The notes: generated by a model from the letters alone, not told the origin. Positions 28,202-38,326 are shown, counted from the stretch's first letter. The stretch: DNA of 64,000 nt from a virus (IMGVR_UViG_3300031902_000003:1-64000), one strand, 5' to 3'. Program-made: numbers and translations.

Positions 28202-28300
28202 GAGTGATCGTATAGCATACTGTCGGCAGATAGGATGCGTGATGGATAATACTGGTGGCTTTTAACCACTAAATATGAGGTTCGAGCCCTCATTCACTCT
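28202..28300 (+). tRNA. tRNA-Lys(TTT)-like gene with a hairpin inserted in the D-loop
   Basis: Acceptor GAGTGA/TCACTC, D-stem GTAT/ATAC, anticodon arm GGTGG-CTTTTAA-CCACT, T-arm TGAGG-TTCGAGC-CCTCA. Extra hairpin at 28215-28238; no encoded CCA. Confidence 0.7.
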
Positions 28301-28314
28301 CTTGGAGGAAGTCA

Positions 28315-28605
28315 ATGAAACCTAGTAACGAACTCACTCCGGGCGACGCCGCCTGGCTTTTTACGAAGGTTCTTCTGTTTCTTTTTCTTAGTGGCACAGC
28401 AATCATGTGTGTTGTTGCAACTGGAATCTTTGTCGGCGTAGACGCCTATCTCTCTACCAATTCACACACAATTGGAGTTGCATGTGCATTCTGTGTTTGG
28501 CTAGCCGGAATGGCTGGTCGTGAGTGGTTTCATGTTCTTCTTGCTAGACTCTTCTTCTCTATTTCAGATGAGAAGGAAATTGACCGTGTTAGCCGAGGTG
28601 AATAA
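28315..28605 (+). CDS. membrane protein
   Basis: SD ggagg; two hydrophobic segments. Confidence 0.65.
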   Translation: MKPSNELTPGDAAWLFTKVLLFLFLSGTAIMCVVATGIFVGVDAYLSTNSHTIGVACAFCVWLAGMAGREWFHVLLARLFFSISDEKEIDRVSRGE

Positions 28606-28874
28606 TGGGTGTTGAATTCTACCCTTGCAAGTCTTGTGGTGAAGTGTTTTGTGATGCTGGAGAATATGCACAGTGTGATTGTGGGTGCGCATTTTGCTCA
28701 AAGAAATGTGGTGGTGTTCTTCGAGATAAGAACGGCGATTGGTCCTGTGCCTTTTGTCGAGGTGAATCAGTTGGCAACTTTGAGCTTGTTGAACATGCTC
28801 TTGTTCTTCTTGGTATGTCGTGGGACCAGCTTAAAGAATCTTATTTGAAGACTCTCGTAAAGGAAAAGCCTTGA
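28605..28874 (+). CDS. Cys-rich hypothetical protein
   Basis: CKSC, CDCGCAFCSKKC, CAFC. Confidence 0.65.
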   Translation: MGVEFYPCKSCGEVFCDAGEYAQCDCGCAFCSKKCGGVLRDKNGDWSCAFCRGESVGNFELVEHALVLLGMSWDQLKESYLKTLVKEKP

Positions 28875-30106
28875 ACATTGATATCATGGAGAAGGTCGCA
28901 GCTGTTGGTTCTCGTCTAGAGAAAGAAAGACTTCTCGCTCAGCTCGATAAGGAGAGCATCAAGTTTCTTGTCTGGGCGCTCGACCCAATTATCACGTTTG
29001 GCGTGACATCAGACTTCAAGAACCCTCCGTATGATGGGACTGCCACTCTTCCTCACGATTACTTCTGGGAAGCAATGGATCGTCTTCTTATGGATCTTTC
29101 TAAGAGAAAGTTTACTGGCAATGCAGCTCAGACAAAGATCGAAGTTACATTGCTTCATGCTCCAACTGATCTTGATTTTATCTGGGCTCAGAGGATTATA
29201 AACAAGGATCTTCGAGCCGGCTTCTCAGAGTCTACATTAAACAATGTATTCCCTGGAACCATTGAACCTTTTGCATGTTCATTGGCTAAGCCGTACGATC
29301 CTGACAAACATGAACTCAAGGGGGCCTGGTGTGTCGAACCGAAGCTCGATGGCTTGAGGATGGTGGTATTGGATGGCGTTGCCTACACGAGGAACGGCAG
29401 GACTATAGAGACCGTGGGGCACATTCTCAAGGATCTTGAAGAGTTTAAGAATGAATATGTCTTCGATGGTGAAATCATGGGTAAGACAGAGTTCAATGAA
29501 GACTCTGGTAAGATTCGCAAGAAGGGAACCGGAGAGAACAAGGATCTTGTTTACAATGTCTTCGACTGCATTCGAAGAGATGAATGGCTTTCCAAGAAGA
29601 CCAGAAGTCTTGATGATAGGAAGTCAGACCTTCTCCGCGCGATTGGCTTGAAAGGTATCGGAGAAAACATCAAGCTTGTTGATCACGTTATTATTGACGA
29701 TGCCACGACAGAGGAACTCTTTAAAGCTCGTGATAAGTTTATCAAGAAGGGATACGAAGGAGCGATGGTCAAGCAACTCTCTTCGCCATATGTCTTCAAG
29801 CGTTCAGACTCTCTTCTGAAGTTGAAGACTGTTCTTGATGCAGACGGAGTCATCGTCTCTGCATTCGAGGGTAAGGGAAGACTTAAGGGAAAGCTCGGTG
29901 GGTTCTCTGTAAACTTTGATGGAGTTGTTACAGATGTTGGCTCTGGGTTCTCAGATGCGACTCGAGCAGAATTCTGGGCAGATAGAAAAGAAATGATCGG
30001 TAGAGTTATTGAAGTCAAGTATCAGGAGAAGGCTCCATCTGGAGCTCTTAGGTTTCCTGTCTATATCAAAATGCGCCCGGACCGGGACGAAAGGAAGAAC
30101 GTATGA
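28871..30106 (+). CDS. ATP-dependent DNA ligase
   Basis: EPKLDGLR (KxDG), FDGEI, VFDCI, GYEGAMVK, KRSDSLLKLK, VGSGFSD, LRFP. Confidence 0.95.
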   Translation: MNIDIMEKVAAVGSRLEKERLLAQLDKESIKFLVWALDPIITFGVTSDFKNPPYDGTATLPHDYFWEAMDRLLMDLSKRKFTGNAAQTKIEVTLLHAPTDLDFIWAQRIINKDLRAGFSESTLNNVFPGTIEPFACSLAKPYDPDKHELKGAWCVEPKLDGLRMVVLDGVAYTRNGRTIETVGHILKDLEEFKNEYVFDGEIMGKTEFNEDSGKIRKKGTGENKDLVYNVFDCIRRDEWLSKKTRSLDDRKSDLLRAIGLKGIGENIKLVDHVIIDDATTEELFKARDKFIKKGYEGAMVKQLSSPYVFKRSDSLLKLKTVLDADGVIVSAFEGKGRLKGKLGGFSVNFDGVVTDVGSGFSDATRAEFWADRKEMIGRVIEVKYQEKAPSGALRFPVYIKMRPDRDERKNV

Positions 30107-30447
30107 CTAGTCAAGAGAAGACGAACGCAATCAACGAGATGCTTGGTTATATGGGTCGTATGATTTCTGGATCCAAGGTCGCCCCTAAGGGACAGCGAGT
30201 CTTTTGGAATGGAAATATCTTTGACTCTTCTGCCAACAAGATTTGGTACGGCGACATCAATTTCACCAGGGATGCTGGTAAGCTCCAAAAGATCGCCTCT
30301 GCTCTTAATGAGAAGATTTATGTCACCACAGAGAGCCCATATCGATTCATGGGTGCATTTGGTAACACTGAAAATATCACTGCAGAGAAACTTGAGAATG
30401 ATGCTCTGGAGAAAGATTATCCTCGAGTCATCATCTTTACTCCATGA
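30103..30447 (+). CDS. hypothetical protein
   Basis: 4-nt overlap with the ligase. Confidence 0.65.
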   Translation: MTSQEKTNAINEMLGYMGRMISGSKVAPKGQRVFWNGNIFDSSANKIWYGDINFTRDAGKLQKIASALNEKIYVTTESPYRFMGAFGNTENITAEKLENDALEKDYPRVIIFTP

Positions 30448-30522
30448 AGAAGCTAATCAACATCATCTTTGTTATTGCTGCAAGAACTGATAGGTTCATT
30501 AGAACCGTGAGGAGATTTTACA

Positions 30523-30732
30523 ATGAAAGACATTCTCGGTAACACGATTAAAATTGGCGACTTTGTTGCCTGGCCATCTAGAAGGTCTTCAACTCTTGAG
30601 ATGCATTACGGAAGAGTTATTAGTGCAGAGCATGGTAGGGTAACAATTCTTGCTAAGAAATATCTTGGACAGCTATATGTTGAAATGTGGACAGAACATC
30701 TCGAGAGAGTTGTGAGGGTGAAGGAAGTCTAA
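30523..30732 (+). CDS. small SH3-like hypothetical protein
   Basis: KDILGNTIKIGDFVA; SD gagga. Confidence 0.6.
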   Translation: MKDILGNTIKIGDFVAWPSRRSSTLEMHYGRVISAEHGRVTILAKKYLGQLYVEMWTEHLERVVRVKEV

Positions 30733-30734
30733 GG

Positions 30735-30763
30735 TTTACTTCTAGTTTTAGACATGTTATAAT
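30735..30763 (+). promoter_or_regulatory. early-type promoter
   Basis: TTTACT-17-TATAAT; ATG 7 nt downstream. Confidence 0.8.
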
Positions 30764-30769
30764 TCTTTC

Positions 30770-31096
30770 ATGATCCTCAGTGTAAATACTGAAAAACTTC
30801 CTGACGAAGATTGGACGAATCGTAACTATAGATTACATCTTTTGAAGATTGAAGTTCAGGGTTATATTAACAAGTTCATGCGCACAAAAGGTTGGCGTAA
30901 ACTTCAAAGGCCTAAATCTATCTCTGAAGAAGAACGTGTGTATTTTCTTGCCCTGAAGGATTTCATGGCAGATAATGGCGTTGATGCTAGACTTTTTATG
31001 TGGAGAGCAAAGACGTACAGAAGAAATGATTTCATGATTCAGATCATCATGGAAGGACCAACAGATCTTCTCTTTAACATGATGGTGAATAAGTGA
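30770..31096 (+). CDS. hypothetical protein, apparently leaderless
   Basis: ATG at the predicted +1. Confidence 0.65.
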   Translation: MILSVNTEKLPDEDWTNRNYRLHLLKIEVQGYINKFMRTKGWRKLQRPKSISEEERVYFLALKDFMADNGVDARLFMWRAKTYRRNDFMIQIIMEGPTDLLFNMMVNK

Positions 31097-31125
31097 TGTA
31101 CCTTTGGAGTTAGAAGAATTATAAT
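31097..31125 (+). promoter_or_regulatory. early-type promoter
   Basis: TGTACC-17-TATAAT. Confidence 0.8.
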
Positions 31126-31170
31126 AGTCTTTCAATTGGTGCAGATGTTTAACACTCACAATGGAGACAA

Positions 31171-32142
31171 ATGGTTCCTCTTATTTCTAAAAACAATAAC
31201 GCCGAGATCTTGAAGGACATCGTAGTTCCCAAGAAGTTCTATAGCCGTATCGACCTTGGTGTTCCCATCCTGAACGAGGTGTTCGGTGGAGTTGATATGC
31301 CCGGTATTCTTCCCGGCACTTCTTTTCTCTTCACTGGTACTCCTGGCGCAGGGAAGTCGACCATGGCTCTGCAGTTAGCTGATCTCTTTACCAAGAATGC
31401 AGGACGCAATGTTCTGTATAACATTGGTGAAGAGAATCGGTACATGGTGAAACTGCGAGCAGATCGTCTCGGATTGGTCGGTAACTTCTGCATCCAGCAG
31501 ATCGAGGAAGTAGATGATCTCATCAAGTTCTGCGATGATCTTGGTGTTGAGATTCTCTTCCAGGATTCGCTGCAGACTCTCCGTGACGGTGATCTTGGAG
31601 GGAACGCTCTTCTTAAGTCTGTCACCAAGAAGCTCCAGGCTTGGAAGGAACACAGCGATGTTACCATCTTCTTGATTGGTCATTCGACCAAGGGAGGTAT
31701 GTTCGCTGGTCCTAATGAGATCAAGCACGATGTTGATGCTCACGCTCACCTGAAGCTCAACACTGATACTGGGAATCGTGCATTTGAACTCCAGAAGAAT
31801 CGGTTCGGTCCTGCTGCGATTCCTTATGAGTTCTCGATCTCCAGCTCCGGTCTTGACTTCCAGGCAATGACTGTTGCTGTCGATGGTGAAGATGAAGAGA
31901 AGAAGCAGACCACTTCTCGAGCAGCTGATCGTCGTGAACGCATCTGCTCTTTGATCAAGGAGAAGATGTTGGCTGGCGAGAAGGTAACTGGTTACTGCTT
32001 CGAGAGGTTCGAGGTTGATTGCTCTGGCGGCTTCTGGCGAGGTATGTTGGCTCGTGCTTGCAAGGAACTCCAGAATGAAGGTCATAAGATCGGTGAGTCC
32101 AAGCTTGATGGGCGTCTCGCTAACTACGTGGAAGGAAAGTAA
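31171..32142 (+). CDS. radA: RadA/Sms-like RecA-fold ATPase (no Zn finger, no Lon-like domain)
   Basis: GTPGAGKST, LYNIGEE, FQDSLQT, IGHSTKGGMFAGPNEIKHDVD, QKNRFG. Confidence 0.8.
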   Translation: MVPLISKNNNAEILKDIVVPKKFYSRIDLGVPILNEVFGGVDMPGILPGTSFLFTGTPGAGKSTMALQLADLFTKNAGRNVLYNIGEENRYMVKLRADRLGLVGNFCIQQIEEVDDLIKFCDDLGVEILFQDSLQTLRDGDLGGNALLKSVTKKLQAWKEHSDVTIFLIGHSTKGGMFAGPNEIKHDVDAHAHLKLNTDTGNRAFELQKNRFGPAAIPYEFSISSSGLDFQAMTVAVDGEDEEKKQTTSRAADRRERICSLIKEKMLAGEKVTGYCFERFEVDCSGGFWRGMLARACKELQNEGHKIGESKLDGRLANYVEGK

Positions 32143-32144
32143 TC

Positions 32145-32396
32145 ATGGGAAACATTCTTAGCTGGTTGCTTCTTGGATACGGTGGATGGAAGCTTTGGGT
32201 CGCAATTCTCGGACTCGGACAGGTTCTTATCTGTCTTCCTCTCTTCCCTATTGCATTGGCCGCTGACTATCAGGAGAAGAAGAACAAGGAAAAGAAAGCT
32301 CTCGAGGAAGAGAGACGACTCAACGAATACAATCGAGTCAAGTACGATGTCTTGAAGAAGCCTGATGTTGATGAGAACGGTATTCCTTACCTCTAA
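32145..32396 (+). CDS. membrane protein
   Basis: Hydrophobic N-half followed by a charged helix. Confidence 0.6.
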   Translation: MGNILSWLLLGYGGWKLWVAILGLGQVLICLPLFPIALAADYQEKKNKEKKALEEERRLNEYNRVKYDVLKKPDVDENGIPYL

Positions 32397-32405
32397 AAAT
32401 AGAAG

Positions 32406-32434
32406 TGTCCATCTAGTGAGTGATGATATATAAT
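32406..32434 (+). promoter_or_regulatory. early-type promoter flanked by a 12-bp inverted repeat
   Basis: TGTCCA-17-TATAAT; GTGTCCATCTAG (32405-32416) / CTAGATGGACAC (32440-32451). Confidence 0.65.
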
Positions 32435-32485
32435 TACTTCTAGATGGACACGTAGTCTCCCTCGAAGTTCATGGAGTGAATTCAA

Positions 32486-32752
32486 ATGGCAAAGTATTGG
32501 CTTAGTCCTCCCCCTGACACTTGTGACATCTGTGCCTCTCCGATTGACGATGAATTCATCGATGGGAAGACCAAGTACGGTCCTTGGGCGAATATGTGCC
32601 CGAAGTGTTTCCACTGTGATGATGAGTTCTGCAAGTCAATCACTCATAACATGGGTATTCGTCTTGGCATCGGATTCGGTCAGAGGTTTAGGAAGGAAGG
32701 AAAGAAGAAGGGCAGGGAGTGGGTGTGTGTCGAGGGAGATAGGGTTGGATGA
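32486..32752 (+). CDS. conserved phage zinc-binding hypothetical protein
   Basis: CDIC...FIDGKT..GPWANMCPKC...GIGFGQ. Confidence 0.7.
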   Translation: MAKYWLSPPPDTCDICASPIDDEFIDGKTKYGPWANMCPKCFHCDDEFCKSITHNMGIRLGIGFGQRFRKEGKKKGREWVCVEGDRVG

Positions 32753-32942
32753 AGGCCAAGATCTGCCCAGTCTGCAATAGAGGTTTTGTAATAAGCAGAA
32801 GCGATAGATCTACTTCTTGCTCAAGATATCCAGAATGTGATGGACAGGAATCTGTTTACTACGATTGGAATGTAGATCCAGAAGAAGATGCCGATGAAGC
32901 ATGGGCAATGGGATTAGATATTGGCAGCATCGGAGATAGAGA

Positions 32943-33263
32943 TTGAGGATTGAGACTGGTCAAAGAATGTACAGGGTTCGAGGACCTGATGGACTCTGGG
33001 TAAAGAAGCTCGGACCAGGTGTATTTGGTTGGGTAGAGAATGAACATGCTTCAATGATCTGGAAGAAGCTTCATCATCTTAAGAGAGACATGGAACATAT
33101 CATGTCAGAAAAATATCTCGAGGGACTCCCAGCTGAAGCCATGCATGTTGTTGAATTTGAAGTTACAATTCAGAGAACCAGAAGGAAACATAGACTCACT
33201 GAGATCGATAGGTTCTATGAACCAGATCAGGAAGAGGAGTTCGATGGCTCGCCGGTCATTTGA
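32943..33263 (+). CDS. hypothetical protein
   Basis: Coupled to flanking ORFs. Confidence 0.55.
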   Translation: MRIETGQRMYRVRGPDGLWVKKLGPGVFGWVENEHASMIWKKLHHLKRDMEHIMSEKYLEGLPAEAMHVVEFEVTIQRTRRKHRLTEIDRFYEPDQEEEFDGSPVI

Positions 33264-33448
33264 CGAATGGCTTCAGGAACTCAGAGTTCTTGTTGAAGAT
33301 AGACTTGAGTCCAAGTTGGAAGATCTTCCAGAGTTTGATAAGGCAGATGCTCGTATGTACTTCAGAGATAAGAGTGCTCCAATCATGTATTTCGACGAAT
33401 GCCTTGCTGAATCTGGAGAGTTTGATACCTCTCTATCGGAGATTGTAA

Positions 33449-34102
33449 GTGGCAAGTAATATTCTCTTTACGAACTGGGATGAACAGAGATGCTATCTCT
33501 TGAGGGAAAATGTGAGAGATCTTGCAGATTTATTCATTCGGTTTGACAACAAGACAATTTACTTCCACGGCTATATGCGGGAAGATAGGTTGAAGAACAA
33601 GAAGAAGATGACTCTTGGTCTTCACTCATATGATCCGCTCTTCGATAGGCATGACATCTATATCGATCCACAGAAGATTGAATTTTGTTTCGGATCTAAG
33701 ATGAGAACTGGTGGTAATAGAATTGCTCCTGACATTCACATTGCAGTAGGCATGGTCCTTGCACATGAGATGCAGCATGCGAACCAGTATATTCATCACA
33801 ATGGTCAGTTAAGCTTCTTTGGTAAGAAGAAGAGCAAGTACAAGACTCGGCCATGCGAACGTGAGGCAAGAAGTTTTGCAGATGAGAATGTTCAAGTTAT
33901 TGCGAATGTTCTTGGCATTAGTATCTCGAAGGAAAAGCTTATTGATGTTCCTCAAGATGAGCTTAGTCTTATTGCAGATTGTCTCTCTGAGTCTGATGAA
34001 GTCACGGTCACAGACATTGTAGATGAACTTAGACAGTCTGGATTAAACAATGCTGTAAATGTTATGAAGGTGAAATCTCTTCTCCAGAATTTTACTTCTT
34101 GA
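33449..34102 (+). CDS. zincin-like metallopeptidase domain protein
   Basis: VLAHEMQHANQ and downstream PCEREARSFA. Confidence 0.7.
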   Translation: MASNILFTNWDEQRCYLLRENVRDLADLFIRFDNKTIYFHGYMREDRLKNKKKMTLGLHSYDPLFDRHDIYIDPQKIEFCFGSKMRTGGNRIAPDIHIAVGMVLAHEMQHANQYIHHNGQLSFFGKKKSKYKTRPCEREARSFADENVQVIANVLGISISKEKLIDVPQDELSLIADCLSESDEVTVTDIVDELRQSGLNNAVNVMKVKSLLQNFTS

Positions 34103-34119
34103 ATTAGAAGTGTTATTAT
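34091..34119 (+). promoter_or_regulatory. early-type promoter
   Basis: TTTACT-17-TATTAT. Confidence 0.7.
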
Positions 34120-34199
34120 ATCACTGTGCCATTCCATATTTGCCCACAAGAAATTATGGCCGTAATGTTGGCACTCCCTGGAGTTGCCTATGTTTGTAA

Positions 34200-34505
34200 T
34201 TGTTTGAAGTGCTGGCTCAAGAGGAGAAAGACTTGAACAAGAGGGATTATGTGGTTCTTTTTTATTGCACTTTCACTGCTTCTCATCATTGGTCTGTAAT
34301 GAGAAAGGATCAATTCGATGATTCTAGACCTGCGATTGCCTGGCTTAAAAGACAGGTTTCATTTGTAGGATCTCAGTGTTATTGTAGTAGATGTCAACGT
34401 AACACAAGACCAACTTGGTTTAGAGTTGGTTGCATTGCTTCAAAGGAATACTGGGACTTCAAACGTGGATGGGATGGACTGGAAGAAGTTAAGGAGGCTG
34501 AATGA
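34200..34505 (+). CDS. hypothetical protein
   Basis: SD ggag; CSRC motif. Confidence 0.6.
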   Translation: MFEVLAQEEKDLNKRDYVVLFYCTFTASHHWSVMRKDQFDDSRPAIAWLKRQVSFVGSQCYCSRCQRNTRPTWFRVGCIASKEYWDFKRGWDGLEEVKEAE

Positions 34506-35278
34506 GTGAGGTCATCGAAGAGATGCGAGATGTGTTGCGCGAGCGCGAGGAGTTGATTGCCGCCGTAAAGACGCTGGAGCGGGTGTGTCGACAATTGCAG
34601 GCCAGCGTCGACGACATGGGCGAGGAGCTGGTGGCGACGCGCCTGCACCTGGACCACGCCGAGAGACAGCGCGATGCATACGCCGGCGACTGGCACACCG
34701 AGCAGCTTGCGCACACGGCGACGATGGTTGAGCTGGACGCCGCCCTCGCGCGGGTGAGGGAGTTGGAGGCCGAGATAGCCGACGCCTTTGATGCCGCAGT
34801 GCTGCGTGGTGCCAAGCCGACGACGCTCAACGGTAGGCGTAAGACATTGGTCGAACTAGTGACTGATGCACTGCACTCGTACCTGACGACGGAGATGGCA
34901 TTCAAGAACGAGGTCATCCTCACAAACAGGGAACGCGCCAAGGTCGCCGCGCTTCAAGAGGAACGCGACGAACTAGACCGCGTACTCCACGGGCCTCCGG
35001 GTCAGCGCACGCCGATGGTGGCCGCGCTGGAGAAGGAGCGGGACGAGGCGCAGGAGAACTACGTCTACACCGAGAGCATGCGACAGGACTGCGCTCGCAG
35101 GTTCGAAGAGTGCCAGATTCAACACGCCGCCGAGCGCGCCAAGGTCGCCGCGTTGGAGTCTCAGAATAAAGAACTTAGGCATTTATGTGCAAGAGCACTC
35201 TCTAGAATACAAGGACTTGCTGAGCATGGAATTCAGAATGATTTGATAGAAACTCTTGCTCTTCTGAAGGATAAATAA
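34502..35278 (+). CDS. coiled-coil protein encoded by a GC-rich segment
   Basis: Heptad-like sequence with ERAKVAAL twice; sharp GC shift. Confidence 0.75.
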   Translation: MSEVIEEMRDVLREREELIAAVKTLERVCRQLQASVDDMGEELVATRLHLDHAERQRDAYAGDWHTEQLAHTATMVELDAALARVRELEAEIADAFDAAVLRGAKPTTLNGRRKTLVELVTDALHSYLTTEMAFKNEVILTNRERAKVAALQEERDELDRVLHGPPGQRTPMVAALEKERDEAQENYVYTESMRQDCARRFEECQIQHAAERAKVAALESQNKELRHLCARALSRIQGLAEHGIQNDLIETLALLKDK

Positions 35279-35279
35279 A

Positions 35280-35498
35280 ATGATCCTCGATGAGAATGGT
35301 ATTCCATATAAGTGTCAAGATAAAGAAACTTGTGAACACAATGGCGCAGTTGTAACATTTGATCATGAAGCTGCCAAAGGTCTTGATACATATGAAATCA
35401 GGAAGCGATGGCCAAGATTCTTTGGTACATGTCCTGATTGTGGTTGTCAACTAATCAAGTATCATTCTAAGGCACATTATGTTTATGGAGACTGGTGA
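35280..35498 (+). CDS. small zinc-ribbon hypothetical protein
   Basis: CPDCGC. Confidence 0.6.
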   Translation: MILDENGIPYKCQDKETCEHNGAVVTFDHEAAKGLDTYEIRKRWPRFFGTCPDCGCQLIKYHSKAHYVYGDW

Positions 35499-36318
35499 CT
35501 AAGATTGGTCATATCTTTGGCTCATGGCTAAGCTGCTGTCCTTGGCTTCGCTGGTGTCGTAGATGTGGATTGATAGCTTTAAAGAATGAAAGAACAGAGA
35601 AGGCAATGAAAGCTGGATGCGAGGCTGATGATGATTAAGAAAACTCTTCTATTCAAAGTTGCTTACCCGTGGAACAGAGCAATCATCTGGGACATCTCTT
35701 CAAATGATCTCAGAGAGAAGAGTTATGTTGATCTGTTCAATATTCTTGATAGAGAGTTTAGAGCATATGAAGTCGGAGACTCTGTGACGTGGGCTCTTCT
35801 CTCCATGGCTCGTGCTGGTAATCCAGAAGCATGTGAAGCATTGCTTGTGTATAGACGTAATCGTGGAGGAGAGTTCTTTGAAGAAATTGAAGTCAAGGAT
35901 TCTGGGTCTGGTGTCCCTGTTTTTGTCCGCCCTGAAGATAGAATCCATATTACATTCTGTGACCCCGAAGCAACCTCGGAAAAGAATCTCCCGGAAGAAG
36001 ATGCCAAATAAAACTCTGTCTTACACACTTAAGTTCAGAAGAAAAGGAAAGTTGCTTGACGCAGAGATTCATCCCTACTTTGAAGACGCTGCACAATCTG
36101 CTATTGATTATGCTTCAACGTATTGCACTGCACGGTCCGCAATGGCTCTTGAATGTCTTGTCTTGAGTTGGGATGAACTTCTTGGTCCGCTTGAGTGGAG
36201 TGACGGTGAATACACCATCGTGATAGAGTCCTATCTGGCTAAGCATAATGCCCGTAAGGATAACGATTGTAAGATTATTCAGTTGTACTCCTCGTCCAAG
36301 GTGGGATAAAATACTCAT

Positions 36319-36588
36319 ATGACTCCAACAGATGACATCATTCCATTGTGGGGCCCAGAGTGGAAGCAAGATAAGCTTCCTATTCTTGTGTGGCCATTTC
36401 ATGAAGCTCCAGAATCTCTTCGTAAGTTGAGCACGAGTGGTGGAGATGAAGATTGGATTGCTCATGTTCCTAAGCATTTCGCAGGTAGATACATTGCCTG
36501 GCTTGAGACTGGTGGGTTTGGTGTTTGTGATGTTGAAAAAATTGAAATCGCAGATGGATCAATTGTTTACATTGGGAGCCACGCGTGA
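36319..36588 (+). CDS. conserved hypothetical protein
   Basis: VWPFHEAP...GGDEDWIAHVP. Confidence 0.6.
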   Translation: MTPTDDIIPLWGPEWKQDKLPILVWPFHEAPESLRKLSTSGGDEDWIAHVPKHFAGRYIAWLETGGFGVCDVEKIEIADGSIVYIGSHA

Positions 36589-36861
36589 TTGAAGTAAATG
36601 ATGGAGATGTTCTTTTCGAACTCATGCTCGATGAACCAGATCCAGATGATCTTGGTCCAGCTTCAGATGAATGGATTATGAAAGTTGCTGGTACTGTCCC
36701 CAAGGATCTTCTCGCTGAGATGATTACGAACATAGAGAAAGAGATTGTCGGCAACGACGGGTCAGATACAATTTCAACAGATCTTCGTTACATTATGGCA
36801 ATGACGAAGCGAAGACTCAAGAAGGCTTTATCAGTTCAGGTTCACATTTAAGGAGACCACA

Positions 36862-37065
36862 ATGACGAAGGACGAGAAGAAGGAAGAGAAGAAGCAGATC
36901 GAGGAAGACAAGGCGAAGATTGAAGCTCGCAGAAAGTTCAAGATCATTCGCAAGGCTCGACGTGTTGCTCGTCGGACTGCACTGAAGGCTCAAGGTTACA
37001 AGCCGAATCGTCGCATGACTAAGTGTAAGAAGTCCGGGAAGGATCTCAAGGAGATTAAGACGTGA
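36862..37065 (+). CDS. small basic protein
   Basis: SD aaggag. Confidence 0.65.
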   Translation: MTKDEKKEEKKQIEEDKAKIEARRKFKIIRKARRVARRTALKAQGYKPNRRMTKCKKSGKDLKEIKT

Positions 37066-37581
37066 GTCTAAGACCTCAGGACTTCGATGATCTTGATGAG
37101 ACTGCAAGGATCCTGAAGTTCAGTTTCAACAGCTTCATCAAGTTCTCTGATGAATGGAGACCTCTTGTAAACTATATTCAGGAGGTTGCTAAGCAGTGTT
37201 ATGAATCTGGTCTCATGGATGGAAAGCGTGAAGCGGAGAAGAAATGAAATTTCCGTCTCTTCTTCCTCCTGAAGACTGGAGCAGCATTGCATTGATAAAG
37301 TGTTATTACAAAATAACATTGCCATACCAGATTCGTAAATGGTTTAGGATGGAAGTCAGACCTTTGTTTTGTAGACATACAAGATCTTATAATGACATTA
37401 ACTGGGGACACACGTATAGAAAGTGTGGTAGCTGTCATAAGGTCTTAGATGATCTTCGAAAGGATCCAAAATGAGTGTTGATACTTACACTGCAGTAATT
37501 GATACTGCAATTCTTGCTCTGCTTCTTGCATGGTCTTATATAGATCGTAATAACATCTATTTTAAGAAATAGAATCTAGAT

Positions 37582-37610
37582 TGTACTTCTTGTGATGGCT
37601 GTTATAAAAT
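37582..37610 (+). promoter_or_regulatory. early-type promoter
   Basis: TGTACT-17-TAAAAT. Confidence 0.7.
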
Positions 37611-37617
37611 AGAATCT

Positions 37618-37986
37618 ATGAAGATAGAAAACCATGTTGTCACCCCAGTTTCTATACTTGAACGTGGAGAGAAGTATAGAAAGTTCTGGGTGAGCGGATG
37701 GGCTTTTGGTACACTTTGTATTTGCGCCATGGCATATATGGGTGGACTGGTGAAAGCCCACCACGACGACATGCAGGAGATCAAGAAGACCAAAGATGAG
37801 ATGACCAGGCTGATTGGTAACATGAATGGTTATCTTGAGAAGTTTACAACCGCAGCAGCTGCTCAAGAAGAGCATACGAAGCTTGTGATACAATGGGCTG
37901 AATATATCAAGAGCAGAGATGAGATGTCAAACTACAATCGGAAGAATCATCCCGATCCTTTTGCTGGAGTGGCCGGTGGAAAATAG
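37618..37986 (+). CDS. membrane-anchored coiled-coil protein
   Basis: TM segment WVSGWAFGTLCICAMAYMGGLV. Confidence 0.6.
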   Translation: MKIENHVVTPVSILERGEKYRKFWVSGWAFGTLCICAMAYMGGLVKAHHDDMQEIKKTKDEMTRLIGNMNGYLEKFTTAAAAQEEHTKLVIQWAEYIKSRDEMSNYNRKNHPDPFAGVAGGK

Positions 37987-38326
37987 ATATTGTAACATCT
38001 GTAAAGCTCCTTGGCACCCTGCGTCGGGACACTACATCTCTGAGACGATGGTGTGGTGTGGACCTTGCACTAAGTCTTGGGTGAAGGAACTGTGTGGCAT
38101 GCAACATAGACGATGGGGCGGTCTGAAGTTCTATGAACATGCAAAGGTGCCACCTGAGACTTGTCATGAGTGATTCTAATAAAGCAAGATTCGGTACGAA
38201 TTGCAAGAAATGGAAGGACACTGTTCTTGCAAGCAAGAGCCAAAAGAAAGCGTATACTAGATTCAAGAGAAAGAGATCCAGAAAAGAAAGACACGCTGAA
38301 AATTTGAATGCCAAGAAGGAGATTGA

